Positions 9,017 through 19,186 of a stretch of 64,000 bases of DNA are shown here, piece by piece. Positions within the stretch are counted from its first letter, which is position 1. Every line of letters begins with the position of its first letter. The notes below the pieces were generated by a model. It saw only the letters and a program-made list of their open reading frames with translations, did no database searches and was not told where the DNA came from. The stretch is from an uncultured Spirochaetota bacterium (lineage in GTDB: Bacteria; Spirochaetota; Spirochaetia; SZUA-6; Fen-1364), in NCBI GenBank assembly GCA_963820525.1, contig CAWGAA010000003.1:64001-128000 (forward strand), given 5' to 3'. The position numbers were made by a program, and so were the translations under genes.

Positions 9017-10044
9017 TGCGGCACGATCACGGTGCGTATCCCGCCCTCGAACCTTTCCAGCGCGTCGAGGGCATCATTGACGGCTTCGGCGTCCAGCGGG
9101 ATGGTGCGCGTGACAACGCGCGAGAGGTCCAGCGCACCCTCTCGCGCCAGCTCGATCAGGGGGGGAAGCTCGTGGAGCAGGTGATCGTTTGAGCCGATCA
9201 GCTCCGCCTCGTTTCCCAGAAGCTCCCTGTAGGTGTCGAGCTGGAGCGGCTCGTCGCTTATCCCGACGATCACGGCCCGGCCCCGGACGGCGAGGCTCTG
9301 CACCGCCTGGCGCATAGTCTGCGCCCTGCCCACCAGCTCGAGGGCTACGTCAACGCCCTGCCCATCCGTCAGGCGGCGGATCTCGGCCACGGGGTCCACC
9401 GTGCGGGCGTTCACCGCCCTGGCGCCGAAGCTCGCCGCCAGGGCGAGCTTTTCCTCGTTCCTGTCCACGGCAAAGACGCGCAGCGCGCCGAAGGCCTTTG
9501 CCAGCTGCACGGCGGACATCCCCAGCCCCCCGATTCCGAAGACCGCGACGGTTTCACCCACATCCATGCCCGATTTTCGAAGGGCATGGTAGGAGGTCGC
9601 CGAAGCGCACATGAGCGTAGCCCCCTGCTCGAAGGGAATCTCATCGGGCAAGGGCACGGCATTGCGCTCCGGAACCGCTATGTACTCGGTGTAGCCTCCA
9701 TCCCTGTAATGGCCGATCATGAGGCACGTGGAGCAGAATTGCTCGTTGCCCTTCCTGCACTGCGGGCATTCGCCGCAGGTGATGTTGTAATGGAGGCAGA
9801 CACGGTCCCCTTCCGCGCGTTCCGTCACCTCGGCGCCCACCCGCGCCACTACCCCGGCCACCTCGTGTCCCAGGGTCATGGGCAGGGGTCGGACCGGCGA
9901 CCTCCCCGCCCGGTAGTGGACGTCGGAATGGCAGATGCCGGCGGCGCGGACGCGCACCAGGACGTCCTTCGGGCCAATCTCGGGCACGGGAACCTCTTGA
10001 AGCTGGAGAGGCCGCCCCACCTCGATCAAACGCACCGCTTTCAC
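9013..10044 (-). CDS. Zinc-dependent alcohol dehydrogenase (MDR family)
   Basis: GICHSD, GHE, structural-zinc CGECPQCRKGNEQFC, Rossmann GIGGLG. Confidence 0.92.
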   Translation of the reverse strand: MKAVRLIEVGRPLQLQEVPVPEIGPKDVLVRVRAAGICHSDVHYRAGRSPVRPLPMTLGHEVAGVVARVGAEVTERAEGDRVCLHYNITCGECPQCRKGNEQFCSTCLMIGHYRDGGYTEYIAVPERNAVPLPDEIPFEQGATLMCASATSYHALRKSGMDVGETVAVFGIGGLGMSAVQLAKAFGALRVFAVDRNEEKLALAASFGARAVNARTVDPVAEIRRLTDGQGVDVALELVGRAQTMRQAVQSLAVRGRAVIVGISDEPLQLDTYRELLGNEAELIGSNDHLLHELPPLIELAREGALDLSRVVTRTIPLDAEAVNDALDALERFEGGIRTVIVPQ

Positions 10045-10102
10045 TGCACGTCCTCCCTTTGGCGGCCAGCATCGACGGAGGCGGCCGCCTCCCTGCTGCG
10101 GC

Positions 10103-10663
10103 TCAAAACCACTTCGAGACTTTCAAGCCCGGCTTCCACTGCACCACATATTCTACGGCCTGCCGGGGCGTGGAAACCACGGCGTACAGGGCGCGGAAAA
10201 CGGGCTTTGCGAACTTCTCGGCATACAGCCGCTCGAAGACGTTCACGAGGGGGTCGTAGAACCCCTCTGTATTGACGAAGGCCACCGGTTTCGACAAGAG
10301 GCCGAGCTGGCCCAGGGTGATGATCTCCAGCACCTCCTCGAGGGTCCCGAAACCCCCGGGAAGGGAAATGAAGGCGTCCGAAAGCTCCTCCATCTTCGCC
10401 TTTCTCTCCCTGAGGTCCGCGGTGACAACGAGGCGGTCAACGTCCGAGTCGGTCCTTTCGGCGATGAATCTCGGGATCACCCCGGTTACGGCCGCCCCGT
10501 TCTCCCGGGCGGCCCGGGACACCGCGCCCATGAGCCCGAAACGTCCGCCGCCGTAGATGAGGGAGTGGCCCTCACGCGCGATACGGGCGCCAAGGTCGGA
10601 CGCCGCCGCCACGTAGCCGTCCGCCACGGCGCTGCTGGAGGAGCAGAAGACGCAGATGTTCAT
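10103..10663 (-). CDS. LOG family (TIGR00730-type) nucleotide-binding protein
   Basis: MNICVFCSSS, YGGGRFGLMG, PGGFGTLEE. Confidence 0.92.
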   Translation of the reverse strand: MNICVFCSSSSAVADGYVAAASDLGARIAREGHSLIYGGGRFGLMGAVSRAARENGAAVTGVIPRFIAERTDSDVDRLVVTADLRERKAKMEELSDAFISLPGGFGTLEEVLEIITLGQLGLLSKPVAFVNTEGFYDPLVNVFERLYAEKFAKPVFRALYAVVSTPRQAVEYVVQWKPGLKVSKWF

Positions 10664-10776
10664 GGAGTGCCTTTCCTCTTGCGCCACTGTACCCAAGGCC
10701 CCTCGCCTTGATCAAGGCGAGGCTCTCACGGCGCGGAAGGCGCGCCTTGACGGGCGACGGGCGCCGCGCCGCCCTC

Positions 10777-10832
10777 TTGACACGATGGGCCACCCACTGT
10801 ATTTTTATGCGGTCCAGCTGAATAAATATCCA
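10777..10832 (+). promoter_or_regulatory. Sigma70 promoter overlapped by tandem ARG boxes
   Basis: TTGACA 10777-82, 17 bp spacer, TATTTT 10800-05. Box cores TGTATTTTTATGCG (10798-811) and TGAATAAATATCCA (10819-832) start 21 bp apart, matching the canonical 18+3 arrangement upstream of argR. Confidence 0.85.
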
Positions 10833-10869
10833 ACGCGCCGAGGCAGGGGCTGGAAAGGGAGAGCACGCC

Positions 10870-11334
10870 GTGAGCACCCGGAGCACGCGCTTCGCCGCCA
10901 TTCGCAGGATCATCGCGGGCAGGAGCGTGGACAGCCAGGAGAGACTGATCGAGCTCCTGCGCCGGGAAGGCTTCCAGGCCACCCAGGCCACCCTGTCCCG
11001 GGACCTGAAGTCCCTGGGCATCGGGAAGGTTCCCCGGCAGGACGGCGGATACACGTACACCCTTCCCGACCCGGAGGTCAAACCCGGCAAGGACTCGACC
11101 TTCGTGGCGGACTTCATGCGGGGATTCCTCTCGCTGGAGTTCTCCGGAAGCTTCGGGCTCATCAAGACCCTGCCCGGCCATGCGAGCAGCGTCGCCTCGG
11201 CCCTGGACAACCTGCGGATCCGGGAGATCCTGGGAACGATCGCGGGGGACGACACGATTTTGGTCATCCCCCGAAGCGGAGTGACGCGGCCCCGCCTGCT
11301 GGCCGCCTTGCGCAAGCGCCTGCCCGAGCTTTGA
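10870..11334 (+). CDS. argR: Arginine repressor
   Basis: SQERL, TQATLSRDL, KTLPGHA, GTIAGDDTILVI. Confidence 0.96.
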   Translation: MSTRSTRFAAIRRIIAGRSVDSQERLIELLRREGFQATQATLSRDLKSLGIGKVPRQDGGYTYTLPDPEVKPGKDSTFVADFMRGFLSLEFSGSFGLIKTLPGHASSVASALDNLRIREILGTIAGDDTILVIPRSGVTRPRLLAALRKRLPEL

Positions 11335-11367
11335 AAGCTCGGGCGAGCGACAGGAGGAGCACATCGA

Positions 11368-12429
11368 ATGAAGACAGCGGTTCTGGGAGCCACCGGCTAC
11401 ACCGGCCTCATCCTTTTGCGGCTGCTCGCGGAGCATCCCGACGTCACCGATATTCTTCCGGTTTCATCTTCCCACGCGGGACAGAGCGTGCGGTCCGTCG
11501 ACCCCGGGCTCGCCCCGGCCATCGAGCGGAAGCTGAAGCTTTCCGATGGAAAGCTCCTCACCATGGCGCAGGCGGTTCAGGCCGTCGAAGGCCCCGGGAT
11601 CGACGCCGTTTTCGCCGGCCTGCCTCACCTGAAATCGGCGGAGCTGTGCGCGCCGTTCATCGGAAGGAGCGTCGTTATCGACCTTTCCGCGGACTTCCGC
11701 TTCCGCGATCCCGAGGCCTTTGCCCGGACATACGGCGCCCCGCACCCGAAGCCGGAGCTTCTGGACAAAGCGGTGTACGGCCTTGCCGAGTGGCATCGCA
11801 ATGCAATCAAGAACGCGGACCTCATCGCGCAGCCCGGCTGCTACCCCACCGCAACCCTCCTTCCGCTCCTCCCTCTGGCCAGGGAAGGTCTTCTGAAGGG
11901 GACGGTCATCGCCAATGCCATCTCGGGCATCTCGGGGGCCGGCAAGAAGGAGCGGATGGACCTGTTGTACTGCGAGCGCACGGAGAACGCGGGAGCGTAT
12001 AACCCCGGAAAAGTGCATCGCCATGCGCCGGAGATCGAGAAGGAGCTGAAGGCCGCTGCGCCTTCCCTGGACCTGCTCTTCACGCCTCACCTCGCGCCGA
12101 TCAAGAGAGGCATGGCGGTCACCACCGTGGTCGAGCTTGCCAAGGACCTGCCGGAGAGCGGCGCGGGAAGCGTCGAATCGGTGTATCAAATCTATTATGG
12201 AAGCGCGCCGTTCATCTGCCTGGCGGCCGCCGGGCGAATTCCGCAGACCCGGGAGGTCTGGGGCTCCAACCGCTGCGACATCGGCTGGCATCGCGAAGGC
12301 CGCCATCTCATTCTCTTCTCAGCCATCGACAACCTTGTGAAGGGCGCTTCCGGCAATGCGCTTCAATGCATGAATATCCGCTTCGGCCTCGACGAAACGG
12401 CGGGGCTTCGCGCCTATGGGGAGCTGTGA
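11368..12429 (+). CDS. argC: N-acetyl-gamma-glutamyl-phosphate reductase
   Basis: GATGYTG, IDLSADFR, PGCYPT, SGISGAG, IDNLVKGASG. Confidence 0.96.
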   Translation: MKTAVLGATGYTGLILLRLLAEHPDVTDILPVSSSHAGQSVRSVDPGLAPAIERKLKLSDGKLLTMAQAVQAVEGPGIDAVFAGLPHLKSAELCAPFIGRSVVIDLSADFRFRDPEAFARTYGAPHPKPELLDKAVYGLAEWHRNAIKNADLIAQPGCYPTATLLPLLPLAREGLLKGTVIANAISGISGAGKKERMDLLYCERTENAGAYNPGKVHRHAPEIEKELKAAAPSLDLLFTPHLAPIKRGMAVTTVVELAKDLPESGAGSVESVYQIYYGSAPFICLAAAGRIPQTREVWGSNRCDIGWHREGRHLILFSAIDNLVKGASGNALQCMNIRFGLDETAGLRAYGEL

Positions 12430-12430
12430 C

Positions 12431-13198
12431 GTGGAAACGGTCCTGGTAAAAATCGGGGGAAAGACGGCGGAGAAGGAAGAGCGGCTGCGCCGGCTCTGCG
12501 CCGAAATGGCCGGGCTGTCCAGACGCTCGCGGTTTCTGCTCGTGCACGGGGGCGGCGCCGAGGTGACGGCCTTGTCGTGGAGACTCGGGATCGAGGCTGT
12601 ATTCACGGACGGGATCCGGCAGACCTCTCCGGCGGAGATGGACATCGTCGACATGGTGCTTTCGGGAAAGATCAACAAGCACCTGGCACGGCTCTGCACC
12701 GCATTCGGGGTCAAGGCGGTGGGGATAAGCTGCTCGGACGGCGGGGTCCTTATCGGCAGACCCGCAGGCGGGGAGGCCGGAAGCAGGACGGGAGAGGTGG
12801 AGGCCGTGGATCCCGCGCTCCTGGTGCTGCTCTTGAAGGCCGGCTATCTGCCCGTGATCTCCCCGACTTCGATGGACCGCCAGGGCCTCGGCCTGAATAT
12901 CAATGCCGACTCCGCCGCTTTCGCTCTGGCGGCCTCGCTATCAGCCGACTCTCTGGTGTTCCTCTCCGACATCCCCGGCATCCTGCGTGACGGCGAAGTC
13001 ATTCGGGACATCACGGCGATCGAGGCGAAAGCCCTCATTGACGCCGGGGTTGTCACGGGCGGAATGATCCCCAAGGTCACGGCCTCTCTCGACGCCATCT
13101 CTCACGGGGTGCGGAACGTGATCATCGGCCAGTACGACGGGGAGGGGGCACTCGCAGCCCTCCTCGATGGGAAACGGGGAACCCGCATCCGCAGGTGA
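12431..13198 (+). CDS. argB: Acetylglutamate kinase
   Basis: VKIGG, VHGGG, NINADSAA, GGMIPKV; GTG start at 12431. Confidence 0.94.
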   Translation: METVLVKIGGKTAEKEERLRRLCAEMAGLSRRSRFLLVHGGGAEVTALSWRLGIEAVFTDGIRQTSPAEMDIVDMVLSGKINKHLARLCTAFGVKAVGISCSDGGVLIGRPAGGEAGSRTGEVEAVDPALLVLLLKAGYLPVISPTSMDRQGLGLNINADSAAFALAASLSADSLVFLSDIPGILRDGEVIRDITAIEAKALIDAGVVTGGMIPKVTASLDAISHGVRNVIIGQYDGEGALAALLDGKRGTRIRR

Positions 13199-13216
13199 CC
13201 TGAAAGGACGAAAGGA

Positions 13217-14410
13217 ATGCAGGAAAAATCGGCCATGACGGGAGACCTCCCCCTCCCCAAGCAGTACGGCACGGAGCTTCTGGTCATCTCGCGGGGGGAC
13301 GGGGCGTGGCTGGAGGATGTGGCGGGCAAGCGGTACCTGGATTTCGCGGGCGGGATCGCGGTGAATGCCCTGGGATACGGCAGGGAAGACCTGGCGCGGG
13401 CGGCGTACGAGCAGATAAAGAAGCTGCCCCACGTCTCCAACGTTTTCACCACGGAGCCGGCGCTGGCGCTTGGCCGCGCGTTGATCGCCTCCGGGCCCTT
13501 CGCGGCGGTACACTTCGGAAACAGCGGCACCGAAGCGAACGAGGCTGCGCTGAAGTACGCGCGCCTCTATGCGGCCCGCACCAGGGGCAAGGGGCACGAG
13601 AAGCTGCTCTGTTTCGCCAACGCGTTCCATGGCCGCACGATGGGCGCCCTCTCCTGCACGCCAAACCCCAAGTACCAGGGCCCGTACGAGCCGCTCATTC
13701 CCGGGGTCTCCGTGGCGCCCTTCAACGACGTGCGCGCCCTGGAGAAGACGCTGAGCGCGAAGTACGCCGGGGTGATCGTCGAGGTGATTCAAGGCGAGGG
13801 GGGCCTCGCCGTCATGACGGACGAGTTCGCGCGGGCGCTCAACGCGGCGTGCCGCAAGCACGACGTCATTCTCATCGCGGACGAGGTGCAGACCGGAATG
13901 GGCCGCACGGGCAGCCTCTACGCTTCCAGCGCCGTGGGACTCGAGCCTGACATCATAACGCTCGCCAAGCCGCTGGCCGGCGGGCTTCCCCTTTCTGCGA
14001 CGCTTATCCCCGCCAGGATCAACGATCTGATCCACTTCGGAGATCACGGAACAACCTTCGGCGGCGGGCCGGTGACCACAGCGGTGGCAATGAAGGTCTG
14101 GCAGACCATCAATCAGCCCGGCTTCCTCGATGATGTGCGGCGCAAGGGAGAGGTGCTGAGGAAAGCCCTCGAAGGGCTCAAGGCAGGCAGCCCGCGGGTC
14201 GGCGAGCTTCGGGGAATGGGGCTCCTGCAGGGTTTCGAATACAAAAGCGAGGGTGCGGACGATGTCGCCGCGCTTCTTGCCCGGCTGCGGGACAAGGGGC
14301 TCCTGGCCCTGCGCTCCGGCTCGAGCGTTCTTCGCATCGCGCCTCCCCTGGTGATCGGGGAGGATGAAATTGCACAAGGCGTCGACATCATCAGGGAGGC
14401 ATTGTCATGA
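13217..14410 (+). CDS. argD: Acetylornithine aminotransferase
   Basis: [44 protein letters not shown]. Confidence 0.94.
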   Translation: MQEKSAMTGDLPLPKQYGTELLVISRGDGAWLEDVAGKRYLDFAGGIAVNALGYGREDLARAAYEQIKKLPHVSNVFTTEPALALGRALIASGPFAAVHFGNSGTEANEAALKYARLYAARTRGKGHEKLLCFANAFHGRTMGALSCTPNPKYQGPYEPLIPGVSVAPFNDVRALEKTLSAKYAGVIVEVIQGEGGLAVMTDEFARALNAACRKHDVILIADEVQTGMGRTGSLYASSAVGLEPDIITLAKPLAGGLPLSATLIPARINDLIHFGDHGTTFGGGPVTTAVAMKVWQTINQPGFLDDVRRKGEVLRKALEGLKAGSPRVGELRGMGLLQGFEYKSEGADDVAALLARLRDKGLLALRSGSSVLRIAPPLVIGEDEIAQGVDIIREALS

Positions 14411-15654
14411 GTGAAGGAAACGGATTCAAGACGGAGGCAAAGCGGAAGGAGGTGAAGAAGATCGTCCTGGCATACTCGGGCGGCCTGGACACCTCGATCA
14501 TCATCCCCTGGCTGAAGGAGAACTACACGGGCGCCGAGGTTGTGGCCGTGTGCACCGACGTGGGCCAGAACGAGGACCTCTCCGGCCTGGAGGAGAAGGC
14601 CAAGGCATCGGGCGCATCTAGGCTGCACCTGCTGGATCTGCGGGAAGAGTTCGTCCGCGACTACCTCTTTCCCCTGCTGCGCTCGGGCGCGATCTACGAG
14701 GGCAAGTACCTTCTGGGCACCTCCATCGCCCGGCCGCTCCAGGCAAAGGCCCAGGTGGAGGTGGCCCTGAAGGAAGGCGCCGACGCGGTGGCTCACGGCT
14801 GCACGGGCAAGGGCAACGACCAGGTCCGTTTCGAGCTCGCCTACAAGGCGCTCGCTCCCCAGCTCACCGTCATCGCCCCCTGGAGGCTGTGGAGCATCCG
14901 CTCCCGCGAGGAGGCCATCGATTTCGCCAAGACCCACGACATCCCGCTGGGAAACATCTCCAAGAAGAACATCTACTCCCGCGACATGAACGTCTGGCAC
15001 ATGAGCCACGAGGGAGGAGATCTCGAGGATCCCTGGAACCGGCCCATGGAGAGCCTCTTCCAGCTCAGCAAGTCCCCCAAGGACGCGCCGGACAGGGAAA
15101 CCGAGGTCACCATCGATTTCGAGAAGGGAATCCCCGTGGCGGTGAACGGAAAACCGATAGCGGCATTCGAGCTGCTGAAAGCCGTAAACGCGATCGGCGC
15201 GGAGAACGGCATCGGCCGCTCCGACGTGGTGGAGAACCGCCGCGTCGGGATGAAGAGCCGGGGGGTCTACGAGACGCCGGGAGGAACGATCCTCTACACG
15301 GCGCTCCGGGAGCTGGAAATGCTCACCCTGGACGCCGACACCCTGCACTTCAAGCAGTCCGTGGCGCCCGCCTACGCGGACCTCGTATATGGAGGAAAAT
15401 GGTTCACCCCGCTTCGGGAAGCGCTGGAGTCGTTCATGGAGAAGGTCTCGGAACACACGACGGGGTCAGTTCGGCTGGTCCTCTACAAGGGCAACATCGT
15501 CATCGCGGGGCGCAAGTCTCCCTACTCGCTGTACCTGAAGGACCTCGCCTCCTTCGGCGCTTCCAGCTACGATCACGCCGACGCCACCGGATTCATCAAC
15601 CTCTACGGCCTTCCCGCCCTGGTATCGTCGCTGGTGCGGGGAGCGAAGAAGTAG
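14407..15654 (+). CDS. argG: Argininosuccinate synthase
   Basis: [34 protein letters not shown]. Confidence 0.97.
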   Translation: MSEGNGFKTEAKRKEVKKIVLAYSGGLDTSIIIPWLKENYTGAEVVAVCTDVGQNEDLSGLEEKAKASGASRLHLLDLREEFVRDYLFPLLRSGAIYEGKYLLGTSIARPLQAKAQVEVALKEGADAVAHGCTGKGNDQVRFELAYKALAPQLTVIAPWRLWSIRSREEAIDFAKTHDIPLGNISKKNIYSRDMNVWHMSHEGGDLEDPWNRPMESLFQLSKSPKDAPDRETEVTIDFEKGIPVAVNGKPIAAFELLKAVNAIGAENGIGRSDVVENRRVGMKSRGVYETPGGTILYTALRELEMLTLDADTLHFKQSVAPAYADLVYGGKWFTPLREALESFMEKVSEHTTGSVRLVLYKGNIVIAGRKSPYSLYLKDLASFGASSYDHADATGFINLYGLPALVSSLVRGAKK

Positions 15655-15658
15655 GGAC

Positions 15659-16123
15659 ATGGAGCGCGCCGGGATCCTGCGGCCGACGATGCGGCACGTG
15701 GAGGGCATCTTCCAGCTCGTCACGAGGATGTCCTCCCGCGGCTTGATGCTGCCCAGGAGCAAGTACCAGATCGTCACGTCGCTTACCAACTTCCTCATCG
15801 CGGCGGACAGCCGGGGAAACGTCGTGGGATGCGGCGGGCTTTTCCCCCTGTGGACGGACATCGGAGAGATCCGCTCCCTCGCCGTGGATGAAGAGCGGCA
15901 GGGCGCGGGGATCGGAAAGATGCTCGTGGAAGCCCTCCTGGAGGAGGGCCGGCGCCTGGAGATTCCCGAGGTGCTGGCCCTGACCTACCAGGCCGAGTTC
16001 TTCAGCAAGCTCGGCTTCACGCTCACGGACAAGGACAGATTCCCCAGGAAGATCTGGCGCGAGTGCCTCGAGTGCCCCAAGCTCGAGGCATGCGACGAGA
16101 CGGCTATGCACATGCTCCTCTGA
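15659..16123 (+). CDS. argA: Short GNAT N-acetyltransferase (ArgA-like N-acetylglutamate synthase)
   Basis: GEIRSLAV, QGAGIGKMLV, LTYQAEFF, PRKIWRECLECPK; last gene of the arg operon. Confidence 0.75.
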   Translation: MERAGILRPTMRHVEGIFQLVTRMSSRGLMLPRSKYQIVTSLTNFLIAADSRGNVVGCGGLFPLWTDIGEIRSLAVDEERQGAGIGKMLVEALLEEGRRLEIPEVLALTYQAEFFSKLGFTLTDKDRFPRKIWRECLECPKLEACDETAMHMLL

Positions 16124-16333
16124 AGCGGGGGGCCGGAATGCCGGCATGGTCCTGAGCGCCGCGCCTCGCGGTGAGAAGATTTTCCAACGGAACGTCCGGG
16201 AAAAAATGCTTGCGTGGTGAAGAAAAACCGGATATAGTCGTTCTGCATTGGTCATGATCTCTGTTGCTTTTCGTTCTGCACCATCCTACTCATGCCCCAA
16301 TCAATTTCAGCTTCTCGAAAAAGGAGTGTCTCT

Positions 16334-16609
16334 ATGGCTGTGAATCTCTACGTAGGGAATCTTCCCTACCGGATTGACGAGGATTCCCTGCGTCAATTGT
16401 TCACCCCGTACGGCGGCGTCGAATCGAGCAAGGTCATCAAGGACCGCCAGACCGGCCGTTCCAAGGGCTTCGGGTTCATCGAGATGACGAGCCAGCCCGA
16501 GGCTGAAGCCGCGATCAAGGCGCTCAATGAGTCCGCGCTCGACGGAAGGAACATCAAGGTCAACTTTGCAAAGCCGAAGGAGCCCGGCCATCGGGGGATG
16601 GAGGAATAG
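16334..16609 (+). CDS. Single-RRM RNA-binding protein
   Basis: RNP2 LYVGNL, RNP1 KGFGFIEM; AAGGAG RBS. Confidence 0.95.
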   Translation: MAVNLYVGNLPYRIDEDSLRQLFTPYGGVESSKVIKDRQTGRSKGFGFIEMTSQPEAEAAIKALNESALDGRNIKVNFAKPKEPGHRGMEE

Positions 16610-16635
16610 GTAATCCCTGTTCTATCCTCAGATGG

Positions 16636-16669
16636 AGCCCGAAGCCTGAGCCGGCTTCGGGCTTTTTTT
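16636..16669 (+). terminator. Rho-independent terminator
   Basis: AGCCCGAAGCC-loop-GGCTTCGGGCT followed by a T tract, between convergent genes. Confidence 0.9.
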
Positions 16670-18323
16670 ATACGAAAACGTAACGCTTTTTCTGAAATAG
16701 ATTAGCGATGAGCAGGAGAAGCAACACGATACCCAGGCTTTGGGGAAAGTAATCTCCAAACCGCGTGTAGAAGGTAAGGTTTTTTTCCTTATATATCGGG
16801 ACTTCAATCGAAAGCCATTTCCTTTCGAACAATGGCAGGCTTGCGAGAATCTCTCCCTTGGGGCCGACAACCGCCGTGACCCCGCCATTGGTTGATCGGA
16901 CCAGGACCCGCCTGTTCTCGACCGCTCTGAGGCGCGCAACCTGGAAATGCTGGATCTCGGATGAGTTCGTCTTGGACCAATAATCGTTTGTCAGGTTGAT
17001 CCACATGTCGGCCCCATCGAGGATGAAACGACGGCAGAGGTCCGAGTAGGCGTCTTCGAAGCAGATGGGCCCGCCGAACGTGAAGCTTCCCCCGGATGAG
17101 AGGGGAGCGGTAAAAATCGTGATCCTGCTTCCCATGGTCCAGGCATTGGTGATTCCAACCACCCGCCTGAAAAACTCGGCCACTACCTTGTGCTCCGAGA
17201 AAGGGATGTTCTCCGCAAAGGGAACGGGATGGATCTTTCCATAGGTATCGAGAACCTTCCCCTCCGGCGACATGAGGACGGCCCCGTTCATAAACTGCTG
17301 CTTCTGGAGGTCCAAGACCACCACGCCACCGAAAAAGGTATGAATCCCGATCTGCCTGGCGAATGGCATGAGGCGATTGTTCCGGGGGCGGAACTGCCTG
17401 TCGGCCATCACCCAGATGCTGGACACCGAGCCTTCGCTCCAGACGGCAAGGTCTGCGGGAAGCTTTGTCTGTCTCAAGCCCTCGAGGGTCAGCTCCTCGT
17501 TGATGGCCACGCTCTCAGTCACCGCCGCGCCTTCGTTCCACGGATCGATGTCCTGCTGGACCAGGAGGAGCTTGACCGTGCCCGTCGAGGGGACCGGCTG
17601 GGCCATCCTGTACAGCCCGTACGCGAGGACCAGCGCAATCACGATCAGGCCGAAGGCGGCTTGGCGTGGGAAGAGCCCGAGCCGGAACGCCGGCTTTATC
17701 AGGATCCCGTCTTGCAGAGCCGAGCGTGAATCCCACGGCGGGGCCGCCCGACAGGCGAACAGGATCCCTTCGGCGATGAGGGCGTTCACCGCAGCCATGA
17801 GAAGCGACAGGCCCCAGACTCCGGTGACATCGATGAACTGGATCAGCGGGAGCACGTTCTCCACCGGATATGCGACGAGGCCCCAGGGAAATCCGAGGTA
17901 CCCGATGGACTTGAAGTATTCGTAGACGGCCCAACCCGCCGCGAGGAGGAACGGCCTGTAGGCCGGCCTCATCCTGCTGAAACCGCGGAGAAAAGGAAAC
18001 AGGAGCGAGTTGTAGCCGGCGTATCCCAGGATGACTCCGCCGTACGTCCACACCGAGTAGCCTTGAAAGAACATGAGCCAGTAGTTGGCGAGGGCCGTGG
18101 ATAGCGCCCCGAAGAGCACGCCGAGAAGCGATGCGAACCCGAAGGTGGGAGCGCGGCTGATTGCGATGAATACCGGCACAAGACAGACGATCCCGATTGC
18201 CGCGTTGCCGTAATTGAACAGCTCATTCGGCAGACCCAGCGGCAGGAGCACGGCGGAGAGCGCCGCAAGGCCGACGAGGGGCCACCTCGACGAAGGCGGA
18301 AAAGCGGCTGTTTCGATATTCAT
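16668..18323 (-). CDS. lnt: Apolipoprotein N-acyltransferase
   Basis: Multi-TM N-terminus, GFPW, WSE, YGKIHPVPFAE, ICFED, NLTND, RSTNGGVT. Confidence 0.93.
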   Translation of the reverse strand: MNIETAAFPPSSRWPLVGLAALSAVLLPLGLPNELFNYGNAAIGIVCLVPVFIAISRAPTFGFASLLGVLFGALSTALANYWLMFFQGYSVWTYGGVILGYAGYNSLLFPFLRGFSRMRPAYRPFLLAAGWAVYEYFKSIGYLGFPWGLVAYPVENVLPLIQFIDVTGVWGLSLLMAAVNALIAEGILFACRAAPPWDSRSALQDGILIKPAFRLGLFPRQAAFGLIVIALVLAYGLYRMAQPVPSTGTVKLLLVQQDIDPWNEGAAVTESVAINEELTLEGLRQTKLPADLAVWSEGSVSSIWVMADRQFRPRNNRLMPFARQIGIHTFFGGVVVLDLQKQQFMNGAVLMSPEGKVLDTYGKIHPVPFAENIPFSEHKVVAEFFRRVVGITNAWTMGSRITIFTAPLSSGGSFTFGGPICFEDAYSDLCRRFILDGADMWINLTNDYWSKTNSSEIQHFQVARLRAVENRRVLVRSTNGGVTAVVGPKGEILASLPLFERKWLSIEVPIYKEKNLTFYTRFGDYFPQSLGIVLLLLLIANLFQKKRYVFV

Positions 18324-18377
18324 TGTCGTGGAACGAGGGTAGCCGAAGCCGCCTTTCTCGGCAAGGGAGGCTGTCCT

Positions 18378-18525
18378 GCCGCGGGCCGCGCTGGAACTGG
18401 CGCGCGGCGGCGCGGCAGGGCATGGCGCCCGCGGCTACGCGGGCCGCGATGCAACCGACGCGCGGCGGGGCCGGGAGCATGGCGCCCGCGCCTCTGCGGG
18501 CCGCGTTTCGCCGCCCCGAGCATGG
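18378..18525 (+). repeat. Degenerate ~57-58 bp tandem GC-rich repeat (about 2.5-3 units)
   Basis: GCGGGCCGCG at 18381, 18439, 18496; GCATGGCGCCCGCG at 18420, 18477; CGCGCGGCGG at 18401, 18459. Confidence 0.7.
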
Positions 18526-18572
18526 ATTCTTGACAACCGGCGCCCTCGTGGAGTAAATTGCGCCTGAAAAAT

Positions 18573-18647
18573 CGGGCTGTAGCGCAGCTGGTTTAGCGTA
18601 CTTGCTTGGGGTGCAAGGGGTCGGCGGTTCAAATCCGCCCAGCCCGA
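18573..18647 (+). tRNA. tRNA-Pro(GGG)
   Basis: Acceptor CGGGCTG/CAGCCCG, anticodon arm CTTGC-TTGGGGT-GCAAG, T-loop TTCAAAT; no encoded CCA; TTGACA at 18530. Confidence 0.96.
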
Positions 18648-18673
18648 TTTTCTTCATCACGACCCGCCAAAAA

Positions 18674-18928
18674 TCATAGGATTTCACCCTTCACAAGTTG
18701 CCACTCAAGAGATTCCCGATCCCTTCTGATGATGAAGAGTTCTCCGGCCGAAGTGCGGACCTTGAAGTAATCCGCTGCTGCAATGGCCGGATCCCGGCTC
18801 GCCTGAAACCACCTATCGACGATTTCCTCTACGTCAAAGCGTCGGTTGTTCCAGGAGAAAGAGCGGGGCGTCTCATCGGATTTGTAGCCCGCGTAGCAGT
18901 CGACTCGGATCGGAACAAGGCGGAGCAT
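18674..18928 (-). CDS. Small conserved beta-rich protein (DUF6504-like)
   Basis: IRVDCYAGYKSDETPRSF...EEIVDRW...DYFKVRT...EW pattern; start uncertain. Confidence 0.6.
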   Translation of the reverse strand: MLRLVPIRVDCYAGYKSDETPRSFSWNNRRFDVEEIVDRWFQASRDPAIAAADYFKVRTSAGELFIIRRDRESLEWQLVKGEIL

Positions 18929-19116
18929 GTGCGGCGTTGAATATACTCTCTTGCATCTTTCTTCGCCAGTCGACGGGCAACGACCTGAGATCGCTTTCAT
19001 GCTGGAATGGGTGGAAAAGTATCGCTGATTGCCTCCGCGACGAACGCGGAAGAAGCACGAGAGGGCTCTCGCAAACTTGAGACCCCGCCATCGCTGGGCC
19101 TTCGCCGATCAAGCGT

Positions 19117-19145
19117 TTGACTGTTGCGGGGACGAGTGATAAGAT
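19117..19145 (+). promoter_or_regulatory. Sigma70 promoter of the tail-tube gene
   Basis: TTGACT (19117-22), 17 bp spacer, TAAGAT (19140-45) with extended TGn; AAGGAGG RBS before ATG 19187. Confidence 0.7.
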
Positions 19146-19186
19146 CCGTTGGTTCTCGTTAATAACGTGCTATAAGGAGGAACGAA

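Noticed and set aside
18378..18525. Possible mini-CRISPR array
   Set aside because: Units are degenerate, inter-unit sequences resemble each other, and no cas genes are present.
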